Assembly: GCA_963748545.1 (NCBI GenBank)
Contig: CAVVJO010000018.1
Location: 18,535-82,534, forward strand
Direction: 5' to 3'
Source of the DNA: an uncultured Alphaproteobacteria bacterium
GTDB taxonomy: Bacteria; Pseudomonadota; Alphaproteobacteria; Rhizobiales; Beijerinckiaceae
Length of the DNA: 64,000 nucleotides
The translations under genes were made by a program, and so were the position numbers. Under the pieces are notes generated by a model that ran no database searches, was not told the origin of the DNA, and was given only the letters and a program-made list of their open reading frames with translations. Positions 49,429 to 59,099 of this stretch are shown piece by piece. Within the stretch, counting starts at the first letter, position 1, and each line of letters opens with the position of its first letter.

Positions 49429-49791
49429 GTGCGTTCGACGCTCGAGCTGGTTCTGGACCTCGCCGGTCAGGTTCGGGAGTTGATGCGCGTCGAGCTTTCG
49501 CTGGCCCGCACGGAGGTCCGCGAGGGCGCAAAGGCCATTCCGTCGAGCCTCGCGGCGGTCGCGGCCGGCGGCGTGCTTCTCGTGATCGGCCTCGGCCTGA
49601 TCCTGGTCGCGCTCAGTCTTGCGCTGTTGCAATTCGGGCTGCCGCTAGACCTGTCGTTTTGCATCGTCGCAGTGGCCGCCATCCTCGTGAGCGTGATCCT
49701 GATGCGGGTCGGCGCGTCAGGCCTGAAGGTGTCGCGCATGGTTCCCACAAGAAGCATCGCGCAAATCTCGACCCTGTTCGGAGGGCGCTAG
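49429..49791 (+). CDS. phage-holin-family (Holin-X / YqjE-like) membrane protein
   Basis: LELVLDLAGQVRELMRVELSLARTEVRE... followed by two TM helices. Lies directly after the DUF883 gene, as in yqjD-yqjE-type modules. Confidence 0.7.
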   Translation: MRSTLELVLDLAGQVRELMRVELSLARTEVREGAKAIPSSLAAVAAGGVLLVIGLGLILVALSLALLQFGLPLDLSFCIVAVAAILVSVILMRVGASGLKVSRMVPTRSIAQISTLFGGR

Positions 49792-49792
49792 C

Positions 49793-50363
49793 ATGGGCGT
49801 GAACGTTCCTACGGCCAGCGCGTACGAAGCGGAAGCCGATCGACTGCGCGCGCAGATCGGCGCGACCTTGGATACGCTGCGCTCGAGGCTAACCCCCTCG
49901 AACATGGCGTCCGAGATGGCCAACGAAGCCGCCTCGCGCGCCGGGATCGCCGATTTGTCGTGGAGTGGCGCATTCGACTACGCGAGCAAGCGGCATCCTG
50001 TCCCAACCGCCATCATAGGCTTGGGCGTCGCGCTTTGGACGCTATCTGCGCTTCGAAAACGGTCAGGGCGCGGCGCGATCGCGAGCTTGGCCGGGCCGAT
50101 GAGACAATCTTCGGAGTCGATTGTTGGATCCGCGACCCGCGTGTTGCGGGCGCGAGCCGAAGCGAAACGGCGCGAGTTCGTCGACGTCGCCCAGTCGCAG
50201 GTTGCTACCGGCGCCGCGCTGCTATCCGACCAGATCGAGAAGGGTCTTGAGACCTATATCGATCGGGTGCCGGGTGGAATACAGGTGCGGCCGCTGCTCG
50301 AAATCCGCGATCCAGATTGCTCTGGCTGCCGGGCTTGAGGCCCTGCTGCGACGGCGGACGTAA
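49793..50363 (+). CDS. DUF3618 domain protein, probable frame break in the A-run at 50301-50303
   Basis: ADRLRAQIGATLDTLRSRLTPSNMASE (DUF3618), then TM PVPTAIIGLGVALWTL. The C-terminus reads better after a -1 shift as ...RPLLESAIQIALAAGLEALLRRRT*. Confidence 0.65.
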
Positions 50364-50372
50364 GGGACCTTT

Positions 50373-50393
50373 CTCCCCGCCTCTTGTGGGGAG
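50373..50393. repeat. hairpin CTCCCC-N9-GGGGAG between convergent genes
   Basis: Same stem core as the 38173-38198 element, with an overlapping GCCTCT/AGAGGC pairing. No T-run on either strand. Confidence 0.45.
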
Positions 50394-50411
50394 CCAGAGG
50401 CGCCCCCGCGC

Positions 50412-52121
50412 TCAGTCCCTCACGAACTCCATCCGGTCCACGTCGACGAGGCCCATATCGGTGATCTTCAGGTGCGGGATCACCGGGAGGGGCAGGAAGG
50501 CGACCTGGAGGAACGGCTCGGCCAGCGTTACTCCCAGTCCCTTCGCGGCGGCGCGCAGCGGAATGAGGCGCTCGCGCACGTCCTCGAACCTCGAGAGGCT
50601 CATCAATCCGGCGACAGGCAGCGCCAGCTCGGCTACGACCTTACCGTGCTCAGCGACCGCGAAGCCGCCCTCGATTTCCCGCAGCCGGTTGACGGCGGCG
50701 GCCATGTCGAGGCTGTTCGTCCCGACGACGCAGAGGTTATGGCTGTCGTGTCCGACCGAGGACGCGATCGCCCCCCGCTTCATGCCGAAGCCTTTGACGA
50801 ATGCGGTCGCCATATTGTCGTTGACGCCATGGCGGGCGACCACCGTCACTTTGATGACGTCCTGATCGAGATCCACCTCGCGCGCGCCGTTCCGATAGGG
50901 CAGCGTGACGGGCACGCTCTCCGTGATGATCTTGCCGGGAACGACGCCGATCGCCAGAGTCGAAGGTCCCTGCCCCCGGGCGACGAAATCCTCCGGCGCA
51001 ACATGCCGCGCCTTGATGCTTTCACGCCCGACAGGCTGCAGCGCGCCGCGCGTCGCGAACAAGGCGTCATCGACGATCCGGCCCGCGGCGAGCACGGTCG
51101 AGACGGCGCAGCTTTCCAAATCGTCGACGACGACGAGGTCGGCGCGCCACCCCGGCGCGACCAGCCCACGATCCGGCATGCGAAAAATTCGCGCCGCAGA
51201 AATGCTCGCGGCGCGATAGGCGGCGAGCGGCGGCGCCCCTAACCGGATCGCGGTGCGGATGAGGAAATCGAGATGGCCCTCCTCCGCGATGTCGAGCGGA
51301 TTGCGGTCGTCGGTGCAGAAGGCGATGAAGGGCGAATTGCGCTCGGTGATCAGCGGCGCCAAGGCATGCAGGTCCTTGCAGACCGAGCCCTCGCGGATCA
51401 GCACCGCCATGCCCTTCGACAGCTTTTCATAGCCCTCCGGCAGATTTGTCACCTCGTGGTCGGTCCGCACGCCGGCGCTGAGATAGCCGTTGAGGGCATA
51501 GCCGCCGAGCAAAGGGCTGTGGCCATCGATCGGCCGGGTCTGGAAAGCGGCGAGCTTGGCCAGGCAGGCAGGGTCGCGCTTGAGCAGGCCGGGAAAGTTC
51601 ATGAACTCGGCGAGACCGAGCACCTTCGGATGGTCCGCCAGCGCCAAGAGATCGCCGACCTCGAGCCGCGCCCCGGCCGTTTCGAGGTCGGTTGAGGGCA
51701 CGCAGCTCGAAAGCTGAACGCGTAGGTCCATCGCCGTCGCCATCGCGCCTTCGAGAAAGTAGCGCAAGCCAGCGGACCCGAGCACGTTGCCGATCTCGTG
51801 CGGATCGCAAATCGCGGTCGTGACGCCGTGGGCGAGCACGCAGCGGTCGAATTCCAGCGGCGTGATCAGCGACAACTCGACGTGACAGTGCGTGTCGATG
51901 AACCCGGGAACGATGATCTTGCCGCGACCGTCGATCTCGCGGACGCCGCTATAGTCTCCGAGCGTCCCGACGATGCGATCATTGCAAATCGCGACGTCGC
52001 CGGCAAGGAGTTCGCCGCTGACGAGGTCGAAGACCTTTCCGCCCTTCAGCACGATATCGGCCTTGGAAAGACCCTGCCCCTGCGCGATGGCGCGGCTCAA
52101 GAAGGCGATGGCGTCGCTCAT
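50412..52121 (-). CDS. ade: adenine deaminase
   Basis: [30 protein letters not shown]...[14 protein letters not shown]...HEIGNV..., about 570 aa. ATG at 52121 has SD GAGGAG. The track TTG at 52136 overlaps that SD. Confidence 0.88.
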   Translation of the reverse strand: MSDAIAFLSRAIAQGQGLSKADIVLKGGKVFDLVSGELLAGDVAICNDRIVGTLGDYSGVREIDGRGKIIVPGFIDTHCHVELSLITPLEFDRCVLAHGVTTAICDPHEIGNVLGSAGLRYFLEGAMATAMDLRVQLSSCVPSTDLETAGARLEVGDLLALADHPKVLGLAEFMNFPGLLKRDPACLAKLAAFQTRPIDGHSPLLGGYALNGYLSAGVRTDHEVTNLPEGYEKLSKGMAVLIREGSVCKDLHALAPLITERNSPFIAFCTDDRNPLDIAEEGHLDFLIRTAIRLGAPPLAAYRAASISAARIFRMPDRGLVAPGWRADLVVVDDLESCAVSTVLAAGRIVDDALFATRGALQPVGRESIKARHVAPEDFVARGQGPSTLAIGVVPGKIITESVPVTLPYRNGAREVDLDQDVIKVTVVARHGVNDNMATAFVKGFGMKRGAIASSVGHDSHNLCVVGTNSLDMAAAVNRLREIEGGFAVAEHGKVVAELALPVAGLMSLSRFEDVRERLIPLRAAAKGLGVTLAEPFLQVAFLPLPVIPHLKITDMGLVDVDRMEFVRD

Positions 52122-52220
52122 GGGGTTGCTCCTCAAAATGGCGGCGGCATTGTCTCAGGCTTGCTCCTGCCCCTCAACCCGCTTTGACGACAGCGCCGAA
52201 TTATCGTCTGCTCCGGCGCC

Positions 52221-53072
52221 ATGCGTCCGATCCTGTCGATCCAGTCCCACGTCGTATATGGCCATGTCGGCAACGATGCGGCGGCGTTTCCGCTTCAGCG
52301 CCTCGGTCGTGAAGTCTGGCCTCTCATGAGCGTGCAATTTTCCAGCCACACCGGCTACGCGGGCTGGCGCGGCCGCGCCTTCGACGCTGGCATGATCGAC
52401 GAATGCGTCGCGGGGCTCGACGCCCTTGGCGTCCTGGAGACCTGCGCCGGCATTCTGACCGGCTACCTCGGCAAGGCCGAGATCGGCGAGGCGGCGTTGC
52501 GGACGCTCGCGACGATCCGCGCCGCCAACAGCGACGCCGCCTGGTGCTGCGATCCCGTTATCGGCGATGTCGGCCGCGGACCCTATGTGGCCCCCGAGGT
52601 CGCAGACTTCTTCCGCGACCGCGCGATGCCCGCGGCCACAATCGTCACTCCGAACGCCTTCGAACTGGAGTGGCTGACCGGGCGGCGCGTCGGGTCGCTC
52701 GCCGATGCCCGCGCGGCCATCGTAGCCATCGTCGGGCGCGGGCCAAAGGTCGTCGCCGTCACGTCGCTTGCCCTTGATGACACGCCTGCAGATGCGCTCG
52801 ACGTGCTGGTCGGGGACGGCGCCGGGCTTTGGCGCGCTCGGACGCCAAAGCTGCCGATTGCGGTCAGCGGCGCAGGCGACCTATTTGCGGCGCTGTTCTT
52901 CCACCATTGGCTGGACAGCCGCTCGGCTCCTGCCGCGCTGTCGAGGGCCGTGTCTTCGGTGTTCGGGATCGTCGCAGCGACGCTGGCTTCGGCAGGGCGC
53001 GAACTCGCGCTGATCGAGGCCCAGGCAGAAATCCCGCGACCCTCGCAGGTCATTCCGGCGGAGCCGGTATGA
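52221..53072 (+). CDS. pdxY: pyridoxal kinase
   Basis: MRPILSIQSHVVYGHVGNDAAAFPLQRLG...CDPVIGD...TPNAFELEWLTG...VSGAGDLFAALF. Confidence 0.88.
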   Translation: MRPILSIQSHVVYGHVGNDAAAFPLQRLGREVWPLMSVQFSSHTGYAGWRGRAFDAGMIDECVAGLDALGVLETCAGILTGYLGKAEIGEAALRTLATIRAANSDAAWCCDPVIGDVGRGPYVAPEVADFFRDRAMPAATIVTPNAFELEWLTGRRVGSLADARAAIVAIVGRGPKVVAVTSLALDDTPADALDVLVGDGAGLWRARTPKLPIAVSGAGDLFAALFFHHWLDSRSAPAALSRAVSSVFGIVAATLASAGRELALIEAQAEIPRPSQVIPAEPV

Positions 53073-53171
53073 TGGCTTCGGTCATTTACTTTTTTCGCAA
53101 GCCGTCGCACAACGGACCGCGATCCCATGATAGACATGCCGATGAGACTTGCAGCGCGAAAGGGAATGGCC

Positions 53172-53489
53172 ATGCCGCGTCCGGTTAAAATCTACGGCGC
53201 CGTCGCGCTCGGAATTCTGATCGGCTTGGTTTCGACGGCGGAGGCCCAGACTGTTCACCGCCACGTCCGCCACCCGGTCGCGGAAGGCCGTCAGATCACA
53301 GTCTACGGCGCCGAATCCTACTTGACCGCTGGGCCGGGCGCGTCCGTGGGCACATACAACAGCTACGCGCTCGATACGATCTCGAGCACGGCGCCCTTCG
53401 TGCCGTTCGTGGACCATACCACCGTCGGCGTGCGCGGTCTGGATCGCATCCCGAACAATTTAACCGTCCCCGGCTGCTGCAACCCGTGA
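53172..53489 (+). CDS. hypothetical small secreted protein
   Basis: MPRPVKIYGAVALGILIGLVSTAEA signal peptide, ending ...NNLTVPGCCNP. No family recognised. Alternative upstream starts lie from 53127. Confidence 0.45.
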   Translation: MPRPVKIYGAVALGILIGLVSTAEAQTVHRHVRHPVAEGRQITVYGAESYLTAGPGASVGTYNSYALDTISSTAPFVPFVDHTTVGVRGLDRIPNNLTVPGCCNP

Positions 53490-53535
53490 GAGCCGGGCTG
53501 CGCTGAGATTGGAGAGCCGCCCAGGGGGCTTCGGC

Positions 53536-54438
53536 ATGGGGCGCCGCTTTTATACGCTCGACGTCTTCACTGAGCAGCCTCTTGCGGGCAACCCGCTCGC
53601 GGTGGTTCTGGACTGCGACGGCCTCGACGACGCGCGCATGCAGCGGATTGCGCGCGAATTCAATCTTTCCGAGACCGTGTTCGTCTTCGAGCCGCGAGAC
53701 CCCATCCATTCGGCGCGAATCCGGATCTTCACGCCCGGCCGAGAACTGCCCTTCGCCGGCCACCCCACGATCGGCGCCGCGTGCCTTATCGGGCGCATCC
53801 GCGCGCCGGACATGATCGCTGCGCGGGATTTGCGTTTGGTTCTCGAAGAAGAGGTCGGCGACGTCGTCTGTCTCGTTCGCCACCGCATCGGATGCGCGCT
53901 GGCGGCGGACTTTACTCTTCCGCGCTTGCCGGAGCGGCTCGACCAAGCGCCGCCTTCGAAGGGCGAAATTGCCGAAGGCGTCGGCCTCACGGAAGACGAC
54001 ATCGGTTTCGACCGGCACAAGCCAAGCCTGTTCAGCGCCGGCGCGCCGTTTCTGTTCGCGCCCGTGCGATCGCTCGCGGCAATCGGCCGAGCCCTTCCGG
54101 GGCGCATGCCCTGGACCGAGAACGGCGGACCGGCAACGTTTCTGTACACACGAGAGGTCGTCGAGGAGGGGTCCACCTTCCATGCGCGGATGTTCGGCGG
54201 CGCCTGGGGCATCCCGGAGGACCCCGCGACCGGCAGCGCCGTCGCGGCCTTTGCGGGCGTCGCGCTCGCCTTCGATCGTCCACCCGACGGGGAGCACGTC
54301 CTGACCATCGAGCAGGGACTCGAGATGGGGCGCGGGAGCCGGATCGTGCTCGGCTTCAACGTCAGAGGCGCAGCCCTGCAATCGGCGTCGATCGGCGGCT
54401 CGGCGGTCATCGTGTCAAGCGGCGTCCTGGACCTGTGA
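53536..54438 (+). CDS. PhzF family phenazine-biosynthesis-like isomerase
   Basis: MGRRFYTLDVFTEQPLAGNPLAVVLDCDGLDDARMQRIAREFNLSETVFV...PFAGHPTIGAA...EDPATGSA. Confidence 0.88.
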   Translation: MGRRFYTLDVFTEQPLAGNPLAVVLDCDGLDDARMQRIAREFNLSETVFVFEPRDPIHSARIRIFTPGRELPFAGHPTIGAACLIGRIRAPDMIAARDLRLVLEEEVGDVVCLVRHRIGCALAADFTLPRLPERLDQAPPSKGEIAEGVGLTEDDIGFDRHKPSLFSAGAPFLFAPVRSLAAIGRALPGRMPWTENGGPATFLYTREVVEEGSTFHARMFGGAWGIPEDPATGSAVAAFAGVALAFDRPPDGEHVLTIEQGLEMGRGSRIVLGFNVRGAALQSASIGGSAVIVSSGVLDL

Positions 54439-55205
54439 CGGAAGCGCCGCAGCTTTTTGAGGTCGCGGAGCTCGACTTCACGCTCGAGCCCGAGCCGTGG
54501 CGGTTCGCTGAGACCGAAGGCGACGCGATCGCGCGCCACTGGGCTGAAGCCATCGCCCGGAAGCCGGCAACCTACAACGGCCGCGTGCTCCTGCTTCGCA
54601 GGCGCGAATGGGTTCGGCTCCCGAACGGCGCTCTGCGGCTTCAAGGCGCCTATCTCGAGACGGACTACGCATCCTTCCTGGCCTGGCGCGACTTTGGCCG
54701 ACGAACCGAGCCGGGCGAGAACTGCTTTTCGATGGCCGCGCTTCGAAGCGATGATGGCGCGTTCCTACTCGGCGAAATGGCGTCCCACACCGTGAACGCC
54801 GGGTCCGTCTATTTTCCGGCGGGCACGCCCGACCCAAGCGACGTCTTCGATGGCCACGTCGATCTCGAAGCCAGCGCCAGACGGGAGCTTTTCGAGGAGA
54901 CCGGCCTGTCGGCGGACGCGGCGGCGATCCAGCCGGGGTGGACGGTGGTCCTGGCCGCGCGGCGCGTCGCGTGCATGAAGGTGATGACGATTCCGCTTGC
55001 GGCTGATGAGGCCAAGGCGCGCATCGACGCCTTCCTCGCGCGCGATCCCAATTCGGAACTGACCCGCATGCACATCGTTCGCCGGCCAGACGACATCGAT
55101 CGCGCGCGCACGCCGGAATTCGTCATCGCCTACCTCGAAGCGGCTTTCGCATCAGGGGCCCAGAGGTCAGGCCGCACCGGACGCCGTCAAAGTCCGGTCG
55201 GATAG
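54435..55205 (+). CDS. NUDIX hydrolase
   Basis: The GTG overlaps the phzF-like stop. Nudix box GHVDLEASARRELFEETGL. The rest of track ORF 53781..55205 is shadow. Confidence 0.75.
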   Translation: MTEAPQLFEVAELDFTLEPEPWRFAETEGDAIARHWAEAIARKPATYNGRVLLLRRREWVRLPNGALRLQGAYLETDYASFLAWRDFGRRTEPGENCFSMAALRSDDGAFLLGEMASHTVNAGSVYFPAGTPDPSDVFDGHVDLEASARRELFEETGLSADAAAIQPGWTVVLAARRVACMKVMTIPLAADEAKARIDAFLARDPNSELTRMHIVRRPDDIDRARTPEFVIAYLEAAFASGAQRSGRTGRRQSPVG

Positions 55206-55531
55206 CCGTGACGCTGCTCAGAGGCCGTGATCATGGCTTTCGCCTCGGCGTCATGGCCCGCCGAGCACGCGGTTTCTGCACCCGCGATCTCGCGCTGGAT
55301 CTGCGTGTAGACCGACTGGGCGACGTGCCCCATCGACAGGTCGTTGTCTTGGACGGCGCGGTAACGGGCGATGGCCGCCCTGCAGTCGCTCCCTCCCGGC
55401 ATCTGGAAGTTGGACGGCGTCACGAGCACTGAGCCCGGAGCCGGCGGTGGCGCTGAGGCTTGCGGCGCGGGAGCGTTGCACGCGCCCGTCGTAATCGCGA
55501 CAAGCGCAGCGGCGACAATCGAAAGCTTCAT
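55187..55531 (-). CDS. hypothetical lipoprotein
   Basis: MKLSIVAAALVAITTGAC, a lipobox-like TGAC, followed by a Pro-rich linker and a small Cys-containing domain. Confidence 0.55.
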   Translation of the reverse strand: MKLSIVAAALVAITTGACNAPAPQASAPPPAPGSVLVTPSNFQMPGGSDCRAAIARYRAVQDNDLSMGHVAQSVYTQIQREIAGAETACSAGHDAEAKAMITASEQRHGYPTGL

Positions 55532-55638
55532 CGAAGACCCCAACCTGTGGACCAAACTACCTCGCCGAAGCGACGCTGACTTCAAACTCCAACATCTCAG
55601 CAAGCTCTGCACAAGCCCAAGCGCCGAACTTCGGCGAC

Positions 55639-55920
55639 ATGCCATCGAGTCCGTCGCCGCCCTGCGCTGAGAAACGCCGCACCCCGCGTGCGCTGCGCCT
55701 GCGCCAAGCCCAATGCGTTTTCAACGAGGGATCGTCGACGCTTGACGTAACCCTCCGCAACATTTCCGTGACCGGCGCCAACCTCGCGAGCGACGCGCTG
55801 ATCTCCCTGCCTGAGACGTTTGAGATCCGGGTCCTTGACGGCTTAGGCGGCTACTCGGCCCGAAAAGCCCGCCTCGTATGGTCAAGAGGCAGGACGGCGG
55901 GCGTCAAGTTCATCGCCTGA
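55639..55920 (+). CDS. PilZ domain protein
   Basis: EKRRTPRALRL (RxxxR) and DVTLRNISVTGANL (D/NxSxxG), typical c-di-GMP-binding PilZ motifs. 93 aa. Confidence 0.7.
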   Translation: MPSSPSPPCAEKRRTPRALRLRQAQCVFNEGSSTLDVTLRNISVTGANLASDALISLPETFEIRVLDGLGGYSARKARLVWSRGRTAGVKFIA

Positions 55921-56850
55921 GGTCGACGCTCTAATCGGCGCATAGACGTCGGACGCCTCTTCGCGCAAAACTCTCCGAAACCATTGCAAAACGGGATCGG
56001 CGGCGCGCAGACGCGTCGAGACGACCGTCATGTCGAGCGCGTCATCGAACGGGGGCGGCTTCAGGACGAGATCGAAGTTTGGCGCGAAGCGCGCCGCGAA
56101 CGCGGCGGAGATCGTGGTGACGAGATCGCTTGCCGCGACTGCGGCTACTGTCGCCATGAAGTGCGGCGTCACAAGCCCAATTCGCCGCTCGACGCCAGCC
56201 GCGCCAAGTCTTGCGTCGATCTCGGAGAGGCCGTCGCCGAAGAAGGACACGACCGCATGCCGGTAGAGCGCGTAGTCGGCGAGCGTCCATTCCCGGTTCG
56301 CCGCAGGGTGGCCGCGCCGCATGACCAGCGCCAGGCGGTCGCGACCGATGGCCTCGCTGAGCGCGCCCGGCGGCAGAGGCGTGGCCGCGGTGGCGAAGCA
56401 GAGATCAACCTCGCCGAGTTCCATCCGGCGCAGAATGTCGCGCCCGATCGACGAAAAGACGAGATCGACGCCCGGCGCTTCACGCTCAAACCGGGCGATC
56501 AGTCGCGGCGCGAGCAGGATCGTGTGCGCATCCGCCGCGGCCAGTCGAATCGTCCGTGCGAGTCCCGCCGGATCAACCGCGGGCGGGCGGAAGAGACCGC
56601 GCAGGCCTTCGAGCGCCGTCGCCACTTTCGGCGCGAGCGTCTCGGCGACCGGCGTCAGGGCGAGGGTTCCGCCCGTTCGGACCAGAAGCGGATCGTCGAA
56701 AACGTCCCGCAGCCGCGCGAGCGCCCGGCTCATCGCGGGTTGGCTCAAGCCGACCTCGGCCGCCGCTTGGGTGACGTTGCGCCGCCGCAGGAGCGCCTCG
56801 AGCGCCGGAAGTAGATTGAGGTCCAGTGCAGCTAAATTCACTTCCCGCAT
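55882..56850 (-). CDS. LysR family transcriptional regulator
   Basis: LNLLPALEALLRRRNVTQAAAEVGLSQPAMSRALARLRDVFDDPLLVRTGG (HTH) plus a LysR substrate domain. Divergent from the SDR gene. Confidence 0.88.
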   Translation of the reverse strand: MREVNLAALDLNLLPALEALLRRRNVTQAAAEVGLSQPAMSRALARLRDVFDDPLLVRTGGTLALTPVAETLAPKVATALEGLRGLFRPPAVDPAGLARTIRLAAADAHTILLAPRLIARFEREAPGVDLVFSSIGRDILRRMELGEVDLCFATAATPLPPGALSEAIGRDRLALVMRRGHPAANREWTLADYALYRHAVVSFFGDGLSEIDARLGAAGVERRIGLVTPHFMATVAAVAASDLVTTISAAFAARFAPNFDLVLKPPPFDDALDMTVVSTRLRAADPVLQWFRRVLREEASDVYAPIRASTSGDELDARRPAS

Positions 56851-56981
56851 GATCGAGATATAAACTATGCATTTCTGATATAATCAAGGTCGGAGTACGC
56901 TCCAAACCATTCGTAGAGGGCGCGCCGATGACCGCGCCCGGCGGGTCGGCGACCCCGCCCCTCAACGACGGAGGTTTCACC

Positions 56982-57986
56982 ATGAACGGCAAAATCGTCA
57001 TATTCGGCTACGGTCCTACCGGCCGGGCGACGGCGGAGCGCCTGCTGGCCGAGGGCCGGGATGTGGTCGTGGCCCAGCGCCGGCCGCCCGCCTCGCTCCC
57101 CAAAGGCGCAGTTTTTGTGGCCTGCGACGCGCTCGACCGGGACAGCGTCATCAGTGCGGCGCGTCAGGGCGAGCAGTTTGTCGTCGCCATCGGCTTCGAA
57201 TACCGCAGTAAGGTCTGGCGTGAAGCCTGGCCGAAGGCGATCGGCAACTTCATCGCCGCCTGCGAGGCGACCAGCGCCCGCATGGTGTTTATCGACAACC
57301 TGTACATGTACGGGCCTCAGACCGCCCCGCTCGTCGAAACCATGCCGCTCACCGCCTATGGCCAGAAGCCCGCCGTGCGCGCCGCCGTCACGCGCACATG
57401 GGAGGAGGCCTGCGCCAAGGGGCGCGCCCGGATAGCCGCACTGCGCGCGCCCGATTTCTACGGGCCAGGGGTTGGCTTAAGTTACCTGGGCGATACGTCG
57501 ATCGGCGCCATGGCGAAGGGCAAGGCGGCGTTTTTCATCGGTTCGCCCGACATCCCGCACGACTACGCCTACGTTCCCGACATCGGCCGCGCCGCGACGA
57601 CCCTCCTCGCCGCGCCCGACTCCGCCTACGGGCAGGTTTGGCATGCGCCCTGCGCGCCAATTCAAACGACGCGACAGGTCCTTCAACGCGCGGCCGACGT
57701 CCTCGGGATCAAGCTCAGGCTCAACATCCTGCCCGAGTTCCTGCTGGGCCCGCTCGGAATCTTCATTCCGTTCCTGAAGGAGGCGAAGGAGATGCGGTTC
57801 ACTTTCGACCGCCCTTATCACGTCGATTCGAGCAAGTTCGCCAAGACCTTCTGGTCCGATGCGACTCCGTTCGAGGAAGGCGTCCACAAGACCGCGCTCG
57901 CCTTCCGAGTCGCCGCGCAGACCGGAGCAGCGAACCCGGAATACCGGGCAACGGCGCCCGCGTTTGAACGCCCGCCGCGCGTTTGA
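56982..57986 (+). CDS. NAD-dependent epimerase/dehydratase (SDR family)
   Basis: SD GGAGG. MNGKIVIFGYGPTGRATAERLLAEGRDVVV (Rossmann GxGxxG). About 334 aa. Confidence 0.8.
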   Translation: MNGKIVIFGYGPTGRATAERLLAEGRDVVVAQRRPPASLPKGAVFVACDALDRDSVISAARQGEQFVVAIGFEYRSKVWREAWPKAIGNFIAACEATSARMVFIDNLYMYGPQTAPLVETMPLTAYGQKPAVRAAVTRTWEEACAKGRARIAALRAPDFYGPGVGLSYLGDTSIGAMAKGKAAFFIGSPDIPHDYAYVPDIGRAATTLLAAPDSAYGQVWHAPCAPIQTTRQVLQRAADVLGIKLRLNILPEFLLGPLGIFIPFLKEAKEMRFTFDRPYHVDSSKFAKTFWSDATPFEEGVHKTALAFRVAAQTGAANPEYRATAPAFERPPRV

Positions 57987-58032
57987 GCGGCGGTGACTTC
58001 GCGAGGACGCTCGATGAAAGCCGCCGATGTCT

Positions 58033-58311
58033 CTAGCGTACAGCCGGGACGCTTCGCGGCGAGGCTCGAAGCCCGACGAAACCGAGGGCGGCGAATCCCG
58101 CCAGCAGCATCGCCCAGGTGGAAGCCTCTGGGACCGCCCTGGGAATCGGCGGATCGATCGTAGTGACCAACTCGTTGGAGGAATCGAGAAAGGCCCAGTT
58201 CGCTTCTTTCGGGCCGTACTTGCTGTCGAAGGAGAACTGGAGATCCGTAGTGGTCGCCGAATGTAGGCGCGCTCGGAGCAAGCATGTCGTGCTGGCTGGG
58301 ACGATCAGCAA
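58033..58311 (-). CDS. PEP-CTERM sorting-domain protein (possibly truncated; no N-terminal signal peptide)
   Basis: C-terminus VPEASTWAMLLAGFAALGFVGLRASPR fits PEP-CTERM: PE.STW, a TM helix, then a basic tail. TTG start immediately after an in-frame TGA. Confidence 0.4.
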   Translation of the reverse strand: MLIVPASTTCLLRARLHSATTTDLQFSFDSKYGPKEANWAFLDSSNELVTTIDPPIPRAVPEASTWAMLLAGFAALGFVGLRASPRSVPAVR

Positions 58312-58377
58312 AACGGTTCAGCACACAGCCGACGCGCACCCGCCCGGCGGCGAGCGGCCGGCCTCCCGTGACCGGCG

Positions 58378-59099
58378 TCACGGCGGGTCGGGGTCCGCCG
58401 CTTCACGGACCGGGCCGCGAAAACCTGTCGCCAGAACATACATCTCGGAACTGCCGGCGCGGCTCGCCTTGGGCTTGAGATGGCGGACGACCGCGAACTC
58501 CCGCTTGAGCCGGGCGAGCAGCACGCCCTCGGCGCCGCCCTGAAGCACCTTGGCGAGGAAGAAGCCGCCGGGCGCCAGCACTTGGCAGGCGAAGTCCGCG
58601 GCAAGCTCGACAAGCCCGATGATGCGCAACTGGTCGGTCTTACGGTGGCCGGTGGCGTTCGCGGCCATGTCCGACATGACCCCGTCGGCCAGGCCTCCCA
58701 GCCAGTCCCGCAGCCGTTGCGGCGCATCCGCGTCATGGAAGTCCATCTGTCGGAACTCGACGCCCTCGACCACGTCCATCGGCTGGAGGTCGATGGCGAT
58801 CACCCGGCCCCGTCCGTGCCGCGACCCGGTCTTCGTCGCGGCAATCGACTCCAGCCGCCGGGCGCGGCGCCGAGGTCGACGATGCGTTGGCCGAGTTTGA
58901 GGATCTTGTGCTTCTCGTCGATCTCCAGAAGCTTATAGGCGGCGCGAGAGCGGTAGCCCTCGCGCTTGGCCTGCGCCACATAAGGGTCGTTGAGCTGGCG
59001 CTCGAGCCACAAAGTCGAGGCCAGCGAGCGCTTGCGGGCCGTCTTGACGCGCGTTTTGAGCGCCCGTCCGCCCTCGCGGCCCGAGCCGCCGCCGGTCAT
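58378..59099 (-). CDS. rlmE: 23S rRNA (uridine2552-2'-O)-methyltransferase RlmE/FtsJ, frame break near 58847
   Basis: [60 protein letters not shown] in one frame. Then ...[10 protein letters not shown]...[19 protein letters not shown]...[12 protein letters not shown] in track ORF 58378..58803. Confidence 0.88.
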
